Shown: piece by piece, positions 17,013 through 27,874 of the stretch
Numbering within the stretch: position 1 is the first letter of the stretch
Layout: each line of letters starts with the position of its first letter
DNA from: Candidatus Poribacteria bacterium
GTDB lineage: Bacteria; Poribacteria; WGA-4E; WGA-3G
NCBI GenBank assembly: GCA_963665235.2
Contig: CAXXLX010000001.1
Location: 1,344,001-1,408,000, forward strand
Reading direction: 5' to 3'
DNA: 64,000 nucleotides
Position numbers and translations under genes: made by a program
Notes under the pieces: generated by a model
Seen by the model: only the letters and a program-made list of their open reading frames with translations
The model's database searches: none
Told to the model about the DNA's origin: nothing

Positions 17013-20000
17013 ATGAAAAAACGAACACTTGTTTGTTTTTTGATTTTTACATTGTGTATTTTTTACAGTTCGATTCCGAACACCGTGTTCGCGCAAGATG
17101 GTAAATCTCTCGCCCAACAGGTGTTTGACAAGCACAGCGAGACGCTTTTACGCGACGACGTTAAAGTCCTTTTGCCAGAGCTGTTCGACGGTCTTAAGGG
17201 TTCAAACGTAGATGATCTCCCGGGGCTCATAAGTCTGGCTATCATTTTACTGAACGCTAATCAAGACGCGGCCGTAAAAGCGCAGGCCGCCAATAACGGT
17301 GTCACGCTAACAGATGATCACATTAAGCTTCTTAAAGACTCAGCTGTCCAAGCTGTCCTCAATGATGAAGCTACGAAGAGTTTACTTGGACTTAAAGGGG
17401 ACGGACTTGGGACAGCAATTGACGAACTTTCTAGGTTGATTAATGAGGCTGGCACTGACCCAGGTGATGGAACCGACCCAGGTGATGGAACCGACCCAGG
17501 TGATGGAACCGACCCAGGCGATGGAACTGACCCAGGTGATGGAACTGACCCAGGTGATGGAACTGACCCAGGTGATGGAACTGACCCAGGTGATGGAACC
17601 GACCCAGGTGATGGAACCGACCCAGGTGATGGAACCGACCCAGGCGATGGAACTGACCCAGGCGATGGAACTGACCCAGGTGATGGAACTGACCCAGGCG
17701 ATGGAACTGACCCAGGCGATGGAACCGACCCAGGCACAGATCCAATTATCCCTATTGATTCAGACCTAAATGGCACTTCACGACTTGGTGGACTTTCCCT
17801 TAACAAGGTTCATTTTGAACAGTTTGTGCAAGATATCATTGCTGCAGTGGACCCTTCAGGGCCTTCGGGTGCTCTAAGTTCCCTTATAAAACCGGATGAG
17901 ATAGATAGTCTGATAGATGGTATTCTACGTCTACCTCAGATTAAAGGATTTCTTCCAGCGGATCAGATTTCCATGATTAGTTGGCTTTTAAAGAATGAAT
18001 TTTCTATTTTCCAGGATGAACCCGCAGGATTAGATTCTGAGAACTTTGGAAATGCTATTATGCCTAGCCTTTCTGAGCTCCTCTATTCTGATGTTCCTAC
18101 CAAAAGCAAGTACCTGACAAGCGATAATCTGAATCTCTATGTGCGTGTTCCATCAGCACTGAACGGTGGTAAAGTTGAATTTAGACTCAATGGTCAGCAA
18201 GTAGCAGAGGCTACAAGAATTACCCCGGTTGAATTCCAAAAGGATACTATTCCTTATACCTTCCGGTTGGAGGAGACTCTCGCTGCTACCAACCTGCCTG
18301 CATTACCAGCACATGGCAATCAGATTTTCTCGGGTGTTGTGCTTCGCTATTCACAAACCGGATCAGATGGAGATTATATCGCTGTTGATATGATGCCGAT
18401 GCATGAGGGTAAAGGGGTTGTATGGAAAACTGAGATAGGCATTTTACCAAAAGGTAGTACCTATTACTATTTTGAAGTCACCCTCGCCGAGCCGGTTTAC
18501 CTTGAGGTTGTCAATCGTGAAGCACTTGCTGAGGCTGTATCTTCAGCAAACGCTACGCACACCCAAGAGCTAACAAGAACATATAAGATTGAGAATTGGG
18601 CAATGCCCGATCCGCATAACCTCCAATTGGTTGATCGGGGTATTTTTAAGGCACTCTTCACCGTCGATATTTTAGGAATTTTAGCTCTGCCCGAAGTCGG
18701 TAACGCCATTCGGAGTGGAGATCTAAGCGGGATTCGCCAAGAAACTTGGAATAGACTTCAGGGTTTATTCCTGCGCAATGCCGAAAAATTGACCAGCGAG
18801 CTTGAAGGGATGCCTATGGAAGAGGATGGAAAGCAGGTATATACTGGTGGTCTGTTTGATCCGTTGCTGGCTTCTGTCTTCAGCGTGCCAAACGTTGATG
18901 TAGAAACGCAGTCCCTTTGGTATGCTGATATCGGTTCAATTGCGGACAATTCAAGGTCTAATCCAATCCACACGCTGGAAGCTGTTGTACGCGATGCAAA
19001 TGGGGATGCAGTTGATGTAATTGCTGCTGCCTTCAGTAAGGATACCACTGCACCGGAAGCTACAATTGAGATTGCGCCTAGCGAAAATACGGCTGGTTAT
19101 ACGAACAACGATCGCATTTATGTTGCTACAGTTCCCTCAAGAGATGCTGCCGCGCTGCTAAGCATTAGAAGTCAAGTGCAAGCTGATGAGGTGGGACTGG
19201 ATAAAGGTTCTCTCATTTATCAAATTGCGCGGACAGATGAGGCTGGAAATCCTGTAAGCACTTGGATGCCTTTGGATGTTCAGGGTACTATGTTAGCCTC
19301 TGAGCTTTGGGATGTCGCTAGAGAGCGATTGACCTTAATTCCAGATGAAATTAAAGACCCAGCTACAGGTGCCTCCATTAAACCCAAAGAATTGTCTTTA
19401 GATGCACTTTTGGCACTGCTAAGCTCCCCGCTTGTGCAGCCTACATTGATAGGAGCCCTCAAGAACCTTGGTCTAACGAATGCTGATGAACAGCACGCCG
19501 CAGTGTTAACAGGGCTGCTAGGTGCAATCGCCGGGGATATTAACCTTGTACCGCTAACCTGGGATGCATCTCAGGAGATGACGATGGCTATTCAAGGTGA
19601 GAACATGCCGCTCCTTACCGGGAACTATCGTATTCGTGCCCTCGGTATCGATTCGCTCCTCAATATCAGTTCTCATGACCAGGGACAGCATCTCAGAATC
19701 GTCGCGCCTGAAGAAAATTATGATCGGGCAAGCGTCATCCTCGCAAGTTTAGGCGATGTCAACGATAATGGCAAGGCTGATGATTACGAAACGGGGACTA
19801 TCTACAAAAATACCACCGACAATGTCATGTTAACTGTTAAGTTCAGCGAGCGTTCAGTGCATCCTGTTACTCTCCAAGTTCAATACATGGATGCAGATGG
19901 CATCACGTGGAATAACATCGGCGACCTGCTTTCCCTTGCCGAAGGGGTGGACGAAGTTGCCCCAATTTCTTGGAACGTCACCGATTTTGATGCATTAGTC

Positions 20001-23000
20001 GCAGCTGGCGATACTGTCAAGGTCCGTGCAGTCGCAGAAAACGCCCTTGGACTCCCAGATGACGACCCAATGGTGCTCTCCATTAATTTGGATGACGATG
20101 TGCATCCAGTCGATCCGGTGGTATTAGCTGTTGACGTTGATGCAACGTCCATTATGAAAACGAATCAGGATAGCGGTGCCCCGCAAGGGACAATCAACCT
20201 TATCGGGTATACACCACGTCGGACGGTCCCAGCAACTGACATAATTCGTGTTGAAGCCAAACGGATGACTGACGAAATGTGGATGGAAATCGGTATTGTT
20301 GAAGTCAGCGATGCTAACGGTATGGGAGGCGGAGATACCGCTGCTATTCCCTTTAAAGGTAAAACACTGGCAGATGCGCATTCCGGGCTCCATATAGATC
20401 CGACCAGTAGTTATCTCAAATGGGTGGTTACTGTAGATACGACCGCCTTAGCGGATACCATCACGAAGGATAGCCCCGGCGCACGCGATGTAGCACTTGA
20501 TGACAACCGCTACATGGTGCGGGCTTATGCTGTCGGTGAGGACGGTAGTGATGTTTCTCCTGTCCTTGAAGGTGATAACACTGAAATGTTCTCCGTTGAC
20601 AACGATGACGATGTCGCACCACTCGGGCCGACAAAAGTTGTAGTAGTTTCTACTAGGGTTGACGCAGTTAATCCCCACTTTGTAGACCATGGCGAAGGTA
20701 AGTACGAAGCAGGTGGCCTCGTTGACAAATATGACGATACCTCACCTGTTATTACCTTGATGCTTACGCCAACAGCCAAGCGGTCAACTTATGCAGGGGT
20801 GAAGTTGATAACGACTCTTCCTGAAGGTGCTGTGATAGTAGGACCGACTGAGACTGCGGAAGGCAGTGGTGTCTTTAAAGTAACAGTTGATATCGGCACA
20901 CTTATGGACGAAGACGATATGGTCCACAACGACGTATATCTGCCAAACGGTGATTATATGTTCCACGCCCTGGCTTATGACAAGGCGGAGCCATACAATG
21001 ACGAGACTGCTGCTGACGAAATGTTTCTCGAATACGGAAATATTCAAGCCGATACTTACGACGATGATGAAATCACGGTGACTGTCAAGAACACTTACCG
21101 TCCCGCTCCGGGCGTAGTAGCAATCACCGTCGACAATTCAGACGAGATGATGAATCCGGATAGCAGCGCGCCGCAAGGCGAACTCACGCTCAATGCATAT
21201 TCGCACGATATCACTTCACCGCCAACAGAAGAGGTTCGATTTGAAGTCAAACGTTCTGGCGATGAAGCTTGGACTGTCGTTGGCACTGCAAGTGAATCCA
21301 CACCTGTTACGAAAGCGGATGCGGATATAGCAGATGTTTTAAATGGGCTTGTCGGAATTACAGAAAACGGCACAATGTCGGGTGAGGAATCAGAAACCGA
21401 CATCCTTGAACCCTACCAGAAATGGTCTATTACCATTGATACTGTTGCTCTTGGATTAGAGGATACTATCGCACGTGGTGATGCCGCGCAACGCGATGTC
21501 AAGTTAGATGATAACCAGTATGAGGTCCGCGCGATTTCACTCACGCCGAAAAACCCCGAGATGCCCGAACATGAGCAGCTGGCCGGTGTGGCAGCATCCT
21601 TCTCATTAGATAATGTTGATGATGTTCCCCCACTCGGACCGACAAACATCACCGGTATTTCTGATATTGCAGGGGACATCGCTCAGAACGAAGATGGCAG
21701 CTACACTGTCAGTTTAATCGTTGATGAACCAGCCCTCGCAGCAACGACAGATGTCACATTTACCATTAAACCGACTGCTGATGAGAAAACTTATGTCGGC
21801 GGTAAGGTTATCTTGGTTCAAACTGCGCCTGATGGCACAGTCATGGAATTTGAAAATGCTGTTGAAGCTGGACAGGTTACGATTAACGTCAATCAGGATG
21901 CAAACGAAAACGGCATCTACACGTATTACGCGCTTGTTGAAGATAGTGAAAGCAATAGGCAAGCAAATACAGAAGAGGAAGGGATTTCTCCAGTCATCGA
22001 TGTCCATGTCAAAAACTTCCGTGCAAGTGACATTCAGGAACTTATGGTCACGGCAGTTGATGGCAAATCGGTGGATGAGAATGGTTTCCTTGAGGTGGAT
22101 GGCAAACTTCTGAAGGTAAACGGCGAAGATGCTGTCCGAATTCCGCTCCGAGACTCAATCGATGTGAGTTTCAATGTTGCTGATACCTCATGGCTAGCAG
22201 TTGGAGACCTCACAGGTGTCCTTGTCGCTCAAAACGAGGTAATGTTCACCGCAAGTAGCGATGCTGAGAATATGTTCGCACTGATGGCAGAAAAGCTTTC
22301 AGAGCTGGACGATGGCTGGTATACAGCAGAAGGCGAAATCACAAAACGGAACGGTTCTATAATCTTCCCGTTAGCGGACATTAATTTGGATAACACCGGC
22401 CCAATGATCGTTATTAAAACGCCAACAGTAGGGGCTACAGTCAATGACTTGCCAACACTGCTTGCTAGTTTAGACGATGGCGAATTGGGTAGTGGTGTCA
22501 GTGCACAAGATACAGCTGTTGTGACCCTCGTCCGGATTCGTCCGAAACATGAGGGGCAGGTAGAAGTTGATGTTGATGTCGACGATAGCCTTGTTGAGCA
22601 AAATCTCGACTCGCTCGTCTACACTGGCACTAATAACCTTTCCGGTGGCGCATATACGTTTAAAATCCAGGTTGCAGATAGTCTAGGAACCGTTGGTACA
22701 GAGTCGGTAACGTTTGCTATTGAAGGTTTAAACCCAACAGTTGTCATTACCGCACCTGCTTCCGGGCAAACTTTTGATGCGAGCCCAGAAAGCATTACAG
22801 GTTTCTTTGCTGGTGGCGGCGAGGTTAGCGTTACGAAGTTTTCCGTTAACGACGTGGATATGGATATAACGCCAGATGGAAACAACTTCACTTATATGCC
22901 AGCTGAAGGATTCAGTGAAGGCGACCACAAAGTCAATGTTGAAGTTACGGATGGCAGCGGCTTAACGGCTGAAACCTCCTTAACCTTCACAGTAGAATTA

Positions 23001-26000
23001 CCGATTCCGACAGTGTCTATAGCAGCACCTGCTCCTGGTAGCATTCATGACCATGAGTTCAGTCATATCGCTGGTGAATTCAGCGGTGTCGGTGATGTTG
23101 AAATCACACTGATGGTCGGTGATAAGGAAGTTGATGTAACCCAAAAGGGTAATCAGTTTACCGCTACATATCCAGAGAAGTTAGCTGAAGGCGACCATAA
23201 GGTATCTGTCATGATTACCGATGCGAATGAAAAAACCGCCAACGCATCAGCCGCATTCTCCGTAGTCTATCCTGTCCCAACGGTGTCTATAGCGTCACCC
23301 GCTGCAGGTAGTGCTCACGACCATGAGTTCAATCATATCGCTGGCGAGTTCAGCGGTGTCGGTGATGTTGAAATCACACTGATGGTCGGTGATACAGAGG
23401 TTGATGTAACGCAAAAGGGTAATCAGTTTACCGCTGCATACCCAGAGAAGTTAGCTGAAGGTGACCATATGGTATCTGTCATGATTACCGATGCGAATGA
23501 AAAAACCGCCAACGCATCAGCCGCATTCTCAATCGCCTATCCTGATGCGATGATATCTATAACCTCACCCGCTGCAAGCGGTGCTTATGACCACGAGTTC
23601 CGTTACATTGAGGGTGAATTTACTGGCGTTGGTCCAGTAGATATCAGCCTGATGGTTGGGGAGACCGAGGTTAAAGGTGTATCTATAGCAGGCATGCAGT
23701 TTAGTGCTACATTGCCAGATAAGCTGCCCGAAGGCGACCATAAGGTAACCGCCAAGATTAAGGATGCAAATGATGAAGAGGCCGCAGCATCGACCGAATT
23801 CAAAGTTACGTATCCTGATGCGATGGTGTCTATAGCGTCACCTGCTGCAGGTAGCACACACGACCATGAGTTCAGTCATATCGCTGGCGAGTTCAGCGGT
23901 GTCGGTGAAGTCGAAATCACACTGATGGTCGGTGATATGGAAGTTGATGTAACGCAAAAGGGTAATCAGTTTACCGCTGCATATCCAGAGAAGTTAGCTG
24001 AAGGTGACCATACGGTATCCGTTATGATTACCGATGCCAATGGGGAAACCGCTAACGCATCAGCCGCATTCTCAATCGCCTATCCTGATGCGATGATATC
24101 TATAACCTCACCCGCTGCAAGCGGTGCTTATGACCACGAGTTCCGTTACATTGAGGGTGAATTTACTGGCGTTGGTCCAGTAGATATCAGCCTGATGGTT
24201 GGGGAGACCGAGGTTAAAGGTGTATCTATAGCAGGCATGCAGTTTAGTGCTACATTGCCAGATAAGCTGCCCGAAGGCGACCATAAGGTAACCGCCAAGA
24301 TTAAGGATGCAAATGATGAAGAGGCCGCAGCATCGACCGAATTCAAAGTTACGTATCCTGATGCGATGGTGTCTATAGCGTCACCTGCTGCAGGTAGCAC
24401 ACATGACCATGAGTTCAGTCATATCGCTGGCGAGTTCAGCGGTGTCGGTGAAGTCGAAATCACACTGATGGTTGGTGATAAGGAAGTTGATGTAACGCAA
24501 AAGGGTAATCAGTTTACCGCTGCATACCCAGAGAAGTTAGCTGAAGGCGACCATACGGTATCCGTCATGATTACCGATGCCAATGAGAAAACCGCTAACG
24601 CATCAGCCGCATTCTCAATCGTCTATCCTATGCCGATGGTGTCTATAGCAGCACCCGCTGCAGGTAGCACACACGACCATGAGTTCAGCCATATCGCTGG
24701 TGAATTCAGCGGTGTCGGTGAAGTCGAAATCACACTGATGGTTGGTGATAAGGAAGTTGATGTAACGCAAAAGGGTAATCAGTTTACCGCTGCATACCCA
24801 GAGAAGTTAGCTGAAGGCGACCATACGGTATCTGTCATGATTACCGATGCCAATGAGAAAACCGCCAACGCATCAGCCGCATTCTCGATTGCATATCCAA
24901 TGCCGACAGTGATGATCCAATCACCTGCTGCTGGCCACATGTACGGTCATAGCGAATCGGTGGCAATCCTGGGTGAATTTACCGGTGTAGATAAAGTTGA
25001 TGTCGATGTCACACTTGATGGTAAAGCCGTTGAAGGCGTATCTGTAAAAGATAACCAGTTTACCGCTAACCTTAAAGCGGCAACATTAAGTGATGGTGAA
25101 CATAGGATTGATGTTACAGTCACGGATGCGAACAAGAAAACCGCGCAAACATCGACTATCTTCAAAGTCAATGTACCAGGGCCGACAGTTGAACTCCTCT
25201 CACCGGCCGCGGGTCAAACCTATGACCACGGTAAACCGGTTGTTCGGGGGACATACACAGGCGTTGGTGACATTACGCTAATGCTTGCTATTGACGACGG
25301 TGACCCGTTTGAGGTTGCAGGCGAAGATAACCAATTCACTTATATGCCTCCTGAAGAGCTAGGTGGCGGTGAACACACCGTTTCTGTTACAGCGGAAGAT
25401 GCCAATGGCAAAACGGCGCATGCAACCGTTGTCTTCTCAATAGAGCTAGATTCAACACCGCCTGTCATTTCAGAGGTATCGCCATCTGGTGTGGTGAGGC
25501 TCAATAAAGCGGATGTCCTCGCGGAGAACTTTGCCATAACGATTTCGGCAGTTGTCAGTGATGACGAGTCTGATATCTTAGACGTTAACTACGTAATTGA
25601 CGGTGGAGACACAAACACTTATCCTGTCAACCGCGTTAAGAATAGGTTCGAGATTGTAGAAAGCTTTACCGCCGGTCCACACACAGTTAAACTGTCAGTG
25701 ACCAGTAAAGGTGGCACTCGGGAATTCAGTTGGCAATTCGTATTAGAGGTTGATGATGTTGCCCCGGTAATTTCGTCAATCACGCCTACGGGTACCCTCC
25801 ATGCGGGACTTCCGACAATTTCGGCAAGTGCTGTGGATGCATCCGGTGTAACCGAAATGGTTATCACACTGATGGATAGCAGTGGCGAAGTGGTGGAAGG
25901 CGAGACCCAAGATGATGATGAAGATAGAATTAACCCAGGTATCACCCGTTTAGACTTCCATCCGGCTGAACCTCTCGCTGAGGGGACTTACGTGATTGAG

Positions 26001-26750
26001 GTTAGAGCGACCGATGCGTTCGGTAATTCTGCTACGGCAAAAGGCGGTTTCACAATTGATTTCGATACCGCTGCGCCTATCATCACGATGGCATCGCCAC
26101 AGAACGGCGCACGCTTGATGTATGATATGGATGAAGCACGGCGCCCGACGATTTCAATCACCTACGCCGATGCTGAAACTGGGATAGATGTTGATTCCAT
26201 CCGATTCGTTTTGAATGACAATTTGATTACCCTCACAGCCGCGCAAAAGTCAGCTTCACAGGTAGTGTATGTACCAGATGCTGACCTTGAGCCTGGACAG
26301 TATGCTGTGAAGTTGGAAGTGTCTGACAGAGCGCATCAACAGGGCAACGTCTCTGATGAGAACGAAGGGGCTCGGAAGGCTAATATGGCCGTCTACGAAT
26401 TCGGCTTCTCTGTTGAAGTCAAGGACGGACCGATATTGGCAGCACGTCCCATTAACTACCCCAACCCGTTCAAAGAGAACACTCGGATTTCCTTCACGCT
26501 TGCACGGCAGTCAACCGTTACGATTGTCATTTATGACGCAACGTTACGACCTGTCCGCGTGCTTGTAGATAACGAAGTCTGGGATGCAGGCGAGTATACC
26601 CACAAGCCTGACGGTTCAGATGCAATCGGGTGGGATGGAAAAACAAGCGGTGGCGAAGACCTGGCACGAGGCATCTATTTCTGCCAGATTACGGTAGCCG
26701 ATGGCTTCGAACCAGAGACCGCTATTCTTAAGCTCGCTCTGACGCGCTAA
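17013..26750 (+). CDS. Giant secreted surface protein (3245 aa): signal peptide, GTDPGD linker, Ig-like repeats, C-terminal T9SS/FlgD-Ig-like domain
   Basis: GAGGAGG RBS; MKKR + hydrophobic + VFA; ~90-aa Ig-like repeats; terminal 'NYPNPF...ISFTL...IYD...WDGK...LARGIYF'. Confidence 0.85.
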   Translation: MKKRTLVCFLIFTLCIFYSSIPNTVFAQDGKSLAQQVFDKHSETLLRDDVKVLLPELFDGLKGSNVDDLPGLISLAIILLNANQDAAVKAQAANNGVTLTDDHIKLLKDSAVQAVLNDEATKSLLGLKGDGLGTAIDELSRLINEAGTDPGDGTDPGDGTDPGDGTDPGDGTDPGDGTDPGDGTDPGDGTDPGDGTDPGDGTDPGDGTDPGDGTDPGDGTDPGDGTDPGDGTDPGDGTDPGTDPIIPIDSDLNGTSRLGGLSLNKVHFEQFVQDIIAAVDPSGPSGALSSLIKPDEIDSLIDGILRLPQIKGFLPADQISMISWLLKNEFSIFQDEPAGLDSENFGNAIMPSLSELLYSDVPTKSKYLTSDNLNLYVRVPSALNGGKVEFRLNGQQVAEATRITPVEFQKDTIPYTFRLEETLAATNLPALPAHGNQIFSGVVLRYSQTGSDGDYIAVDMMPMHEGKGVVWKTEIGILPKGSTYYYFEVTLAEPVYLEVVNREALAEAVSSANATHTQELTRTYKIENWAMPDPHNLQLVDRGIFKALFTVDILGILALPEVGNAIRSGDLSGIRQETWNRLQGLFLRNAEKLTSELEGMPMEEDGKQVYTGGLFDPLLASVFSVPNVDVETQSLWYADIGSIADNSRSNPIHTLEAVVRDANGDAVDVIAAAFSKDTTAPEATIEIAPSENTAGYTNNDRIYVATVPSRDAAALLSIRSQVQADEVGLDKGSLIYQIARTDEAGNPVSTWMPLDVQGTMLASELWDVARERLTLIPDEIKDPATGASIKPKELSLDALLALLSSPLVQPTLIGALKNLGLTNADEQHAAVLTGLLGAIAGDINLVPLTWDASQEMTMAIQGENMPLLTGNYRIRALGIDSLLNISSHDQGQHLRIVAPEENYDRASVILASLGDVNDNGKADDYETGTIYKNTTDNVMLTVKFSERSVHPVTLQVQYMDADGITWNNIGDLLSLAEGVDEVAPISWNVTDFDALVAAGDTVKVRAVAENALGLPDDDPMVLSINLDDDVHPVDPVVLAVDVDATSIMKTNQDSGAPQGTINLIGYTPRRTVPATDIIRVEAKRMTDEMWMEIGIVEVSDANGMGGGDTAAIPFKGKTLADAHSGLHIDPTSSYLKWVVTVDTTALADTITKDSPGARDVALDDNRYMVRAYAVGEDGSDVSPVLEGDNTEMFSVDNDDDVAPLGPTKVVVVSTRVDAVNPHFVDHGEGKYEAGGLVDKYDDTSPVITLMLTPTAKRSTYAGVKLITTLPEGAVIVGPTETAEGSGVFKVTVDIGTLMDEDDMVHNDVYLPNGDYMFHALAYDKAEPYNDETAADEMFLEYGNIQADTYDDDEITVTVKNTYRPAPGVVAITVDNSDEMMNPDSSAPQGELTLNAYSHDITSPPTEEVRFEVKRSGDEAWTVVGTASESTPVTKADADIADVLNGLVGITENGTMSGEESETDILEPYQKWSITIDTVALGLEDTIARGDAAQRDVKLDDNQYEVRAISLTPKNPEMPEHEQLAGVAASFSLDNVDDVPPLGPTNITGISDIAGDIAQNEDGSYTVSLIVDEPALAATTDVTFTIKPTADEKTYVGGKVILVQTAPDGTVMEFENAVEAGQVTINVNQDANENGIYTYYALVEDSESNRQANTEEEGISPVIDVHVKNFRASDIQELMVTAVDGKSVDENGFLEVDGKLLKVNGEDAVRIPLRDSIDVSFNVADTSWLAVGDLTGVLVAQNEVMFTASSDAENMFALMAEKLSELDDGWYTAEGEITKRNGSIIFPLADINLDNTGPMIVIKTPTVGATVNDLPTLLASLDDGELGSGVSAQDTAVVTLVRIRPKHEGQVEVDVDVDDSLVEQNLDSLVYTGTNNLSGGAYTFKIQVADSLGTVGTESVTFAIEGLNPTVVITAPASGQTFDASPESITGFFAGGGEVSVTKFSVNDVDMDITPDGNNFTYMPAEGFSEGDHKVNVEVTDGSGLTAETSLTFTVELPIPTVSIAAPAPGSIHDHEFSHIAGEFSGVGDVEITLMVGDKEVDVTQKGNQFTATYPEKLAEGDHKVSVMITDANEKTANASAAFSVVYPVPTVSIASPAAGSAHDHEFNHIAGEFSGVGDVEITLMVGDTEVDVTQKGNQFTAAYPEKLAEGDHMVSVMITDANEKTANASAAFSIAYPDAMISITSPAASGAYDHEFRYIEGEFTGVGPVDISLMVGETEVKGVSIAGMQFSATLPDKLPEGDHKVTAKIKDANDEEAAASTEFKVTYPDAMVSIASPAAGSTHDHEFSHIAGEFSGVGEVEITLMVGDMEVDVTQKGNQFTAAYPEKLAEGDHTVSVMITDANGETANASAAFSIAYPDAMISITSPAASGAYDHEFRYIEGEFTGVGPVDISLMVGETEVKGVSIAGMQFSATLPDKLPEGDHKVTAKIKDANDEEAAASTEFKVTYPDAMVSIASPAAGSTHDHEFSHIAGEFSGVGEVEITLMVGDKEVDVTQKGNQFTAAYPEKLAEGDHTVSVMITDANEKTANASAAFSIVYPMPMVSIAAPAAGSTHDHEFSHIAGEFSGVGEVEITLMVGDKEVDVTQKGNQFTAAYPEKLAEGDHTVSVMITDANEKTANASAAFSIAYPMPTVMIQSPAAGHMYGHSESVAILGEFTGVDKVDVDVTLDGKAVEGVSVKDNQFTANLKAATLSDGEHRIDVTVTDANKKTAQTSTIFKVNVPGPTVELLSPAAGQTYDHGKPVVRGTYTGVGDITLMLAIDDGDPFEVAGEDNQFTYMPPEELGGGEHTVSVTAEDANGKTAHATVVFSIELDSTPPVISEVSPSGVVRLNKADVLAENFAITISAVVSDDESDILDVNYVIDGGDTNTYPVNRVKNRFEIVESFTAGPHTVKLSVTSKGGTREFSWQFVLEVDDVAPVISSITPTGTLHAGLPTISASAVDASGVTEMVITLMDSSGEVVEGETQDDDEDRINPGITRLDFHPAEPLAEGTYVIEVRATDAFGNSATAKGGFTIDFDTAAPIITMASPQNGARLMYDMDEARRPTISITYADAETGIDVDSIRFVLNDNLITLTAAQKSASQVVYVPDADLEPGQYAVKLEVSDRAHQQGNVSDENEGARKANMAVYEFGFSVEVKDGPILAARPINYPNPFKENTRISFTLARQSTVTIVIYDATLRPVRVLVDNEVWDAGEYTHKPDGSDAIGWDGKTSGGEDLARGIYFCQITVADGFEPETAILKLALTR
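17451..17744 (+). repeat. 18-nt coding tandem repeat (GTDPGD)x~16
   Basis: ggaacYgacccaggYgat repeated with only synonymous variation. Confidence 0.95.
23000..24900 (+). repeat. Array of seven ~90-aa Ig-like coding repeats (order A-A-B-A-B-A-A) with a 543-bp near-exact duplication
   Basis: A='HDHEFSHIAGEFSGVG', B='YDHEFRYIEGEFTGVG'; antisense ORFs 23603-23857 and 24146-24400 are identical. Confidence 0.9.
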
Positions 26751-26825
26751 GTAAACGATAGACCGCAAATCGGGGCTGGACATCACGTCCAACCCCCGAT
26801 AGCGCGGCTATGAAGGAGAATATGA

Positions 26826-27854
26826 ATGTCTATCACAAAGCAAAAATTGCTATGCGGTGTAATACCCGTTTTACTTCTTATCCTAGCTGTGTCACCTGTC
26901 TGTTTTGCCGAAGGGGAAGTTAACGCTATGCCCCATTTACGGCTTGGCGCAGGGGCCCGCTCGATTGGCTTAGGCGGCGCTTTCACAGCTATTGCGGAAG
27001 ATGCTACCGCCACCGTCTGGAACCCAGCCGGCCTCGGTTCATCATCCGACCTGAATCTTAATATTTCCACACAGCGGCTCTCCTTAGATAGAAGCCATAC
27101 GTTCATCGCGCTCACAAAAACGCTCGGCACTTATGGCTCCATCGGAATCGCTGCAACGAATTTCGGTGTCAGTGATTACGACTTATACGACGCAAAAGGC
27201 GAATACGGCGGTCAATCTAATTACAGCGCAAACGCCTACTCCCTCTCTTACGGAGTCGCCTTCGGACAATTCAATGCTGGACTCACAGGCCGAATATTGA
27301 CAGACAACTTCGGCGTTGAGAGCGTCGAAAACCAAAGCGGTTTCGGCGGCGTAGATATCGGATTGATGGGACATGCACTCCCTATAGATGTACCCGCAAA
27401 ATTTAAGCACCATGCACTACACGTACATGAAAACGGCGCAGAGGGAGAAGACCTGAGCGTGCCGACTTTCCATTACGGGCTCGCTGCGAAATACCTCGGG
27501 GCATCCCTTGGTGAAGCCACGGTCCCCATGGTCGTCAGCTTCGGACTAGCTTATGACCTCTATATGGGCAACGCTGTCACATTCGCTGCCGATATTGAGC
27601 ACGAGTTTGTCAAACTTGACGAGAGCACGACAAGCCTGCGCGTCGGCACAGAGTACACCATTGTTACTACGAAACACACAGCATTTGCCATCCGTGGCGG
27701 AGTCAAAGCCTCCCGCGACGCGCAAAATCTATTCGGTGGATTTGGTATAAACATCGGCGGTTTGCAGATTGACTATGCTATCCAAGATGGCATGGCAAGT
27801 GAAATCAACGGAGTCGGATCAACGCATTTTGCTTCTGTCTCCTATAGATATTAA
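26826..27854 (+). CDS. PorV/PorQ-like (FadL-superfamily) outer-membrane beta-barrel
   Basis: Signal peptide; 'GARSIGLGGAFTAIAEDATATVWNPAGL'; terminal 'IDYA...HFASVSYRY'. Confidence 0.8.
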   Translation: MSITKQKLLCGVIPVLLLILAVSPVCFAEGEVNAMPHLRLGAGARSIGLGGAFTAIAEDATATVWNPAGLGSSSDLNLNISTQRLSLDRSHTFIALTKTLGTYGSIGIAATNFGVSDYDLYDAKGEYGGQSNYSANAYSLSYGVAFGQFNAGLTGRILTDNFGVESVENQSGFGGVDIGLMGHALPIDVPAKFKHHALHVHENGAEGEDLSVPTFHYGLAAKYLGASLGEATVPMVVSFGLAYDLYMGNAVTFAADIEHEFVKLDESTTSLRVGTEYTIVTTKHTAFAIRGGVKASRDAQNLFGGFGINIGGLQIDYAIQDGMASEINGVGSTHFASVSYRY

Positions 27855-27874
27855 TACCTAAAAGGAGGAAACCG

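Noticed and set aside
17451-17744. Regular repeat array as a CRISPR
   Set aside because: 18-nt units without spacers, in frame within a CDS, with only synonymous variation; no cas genes in the window.
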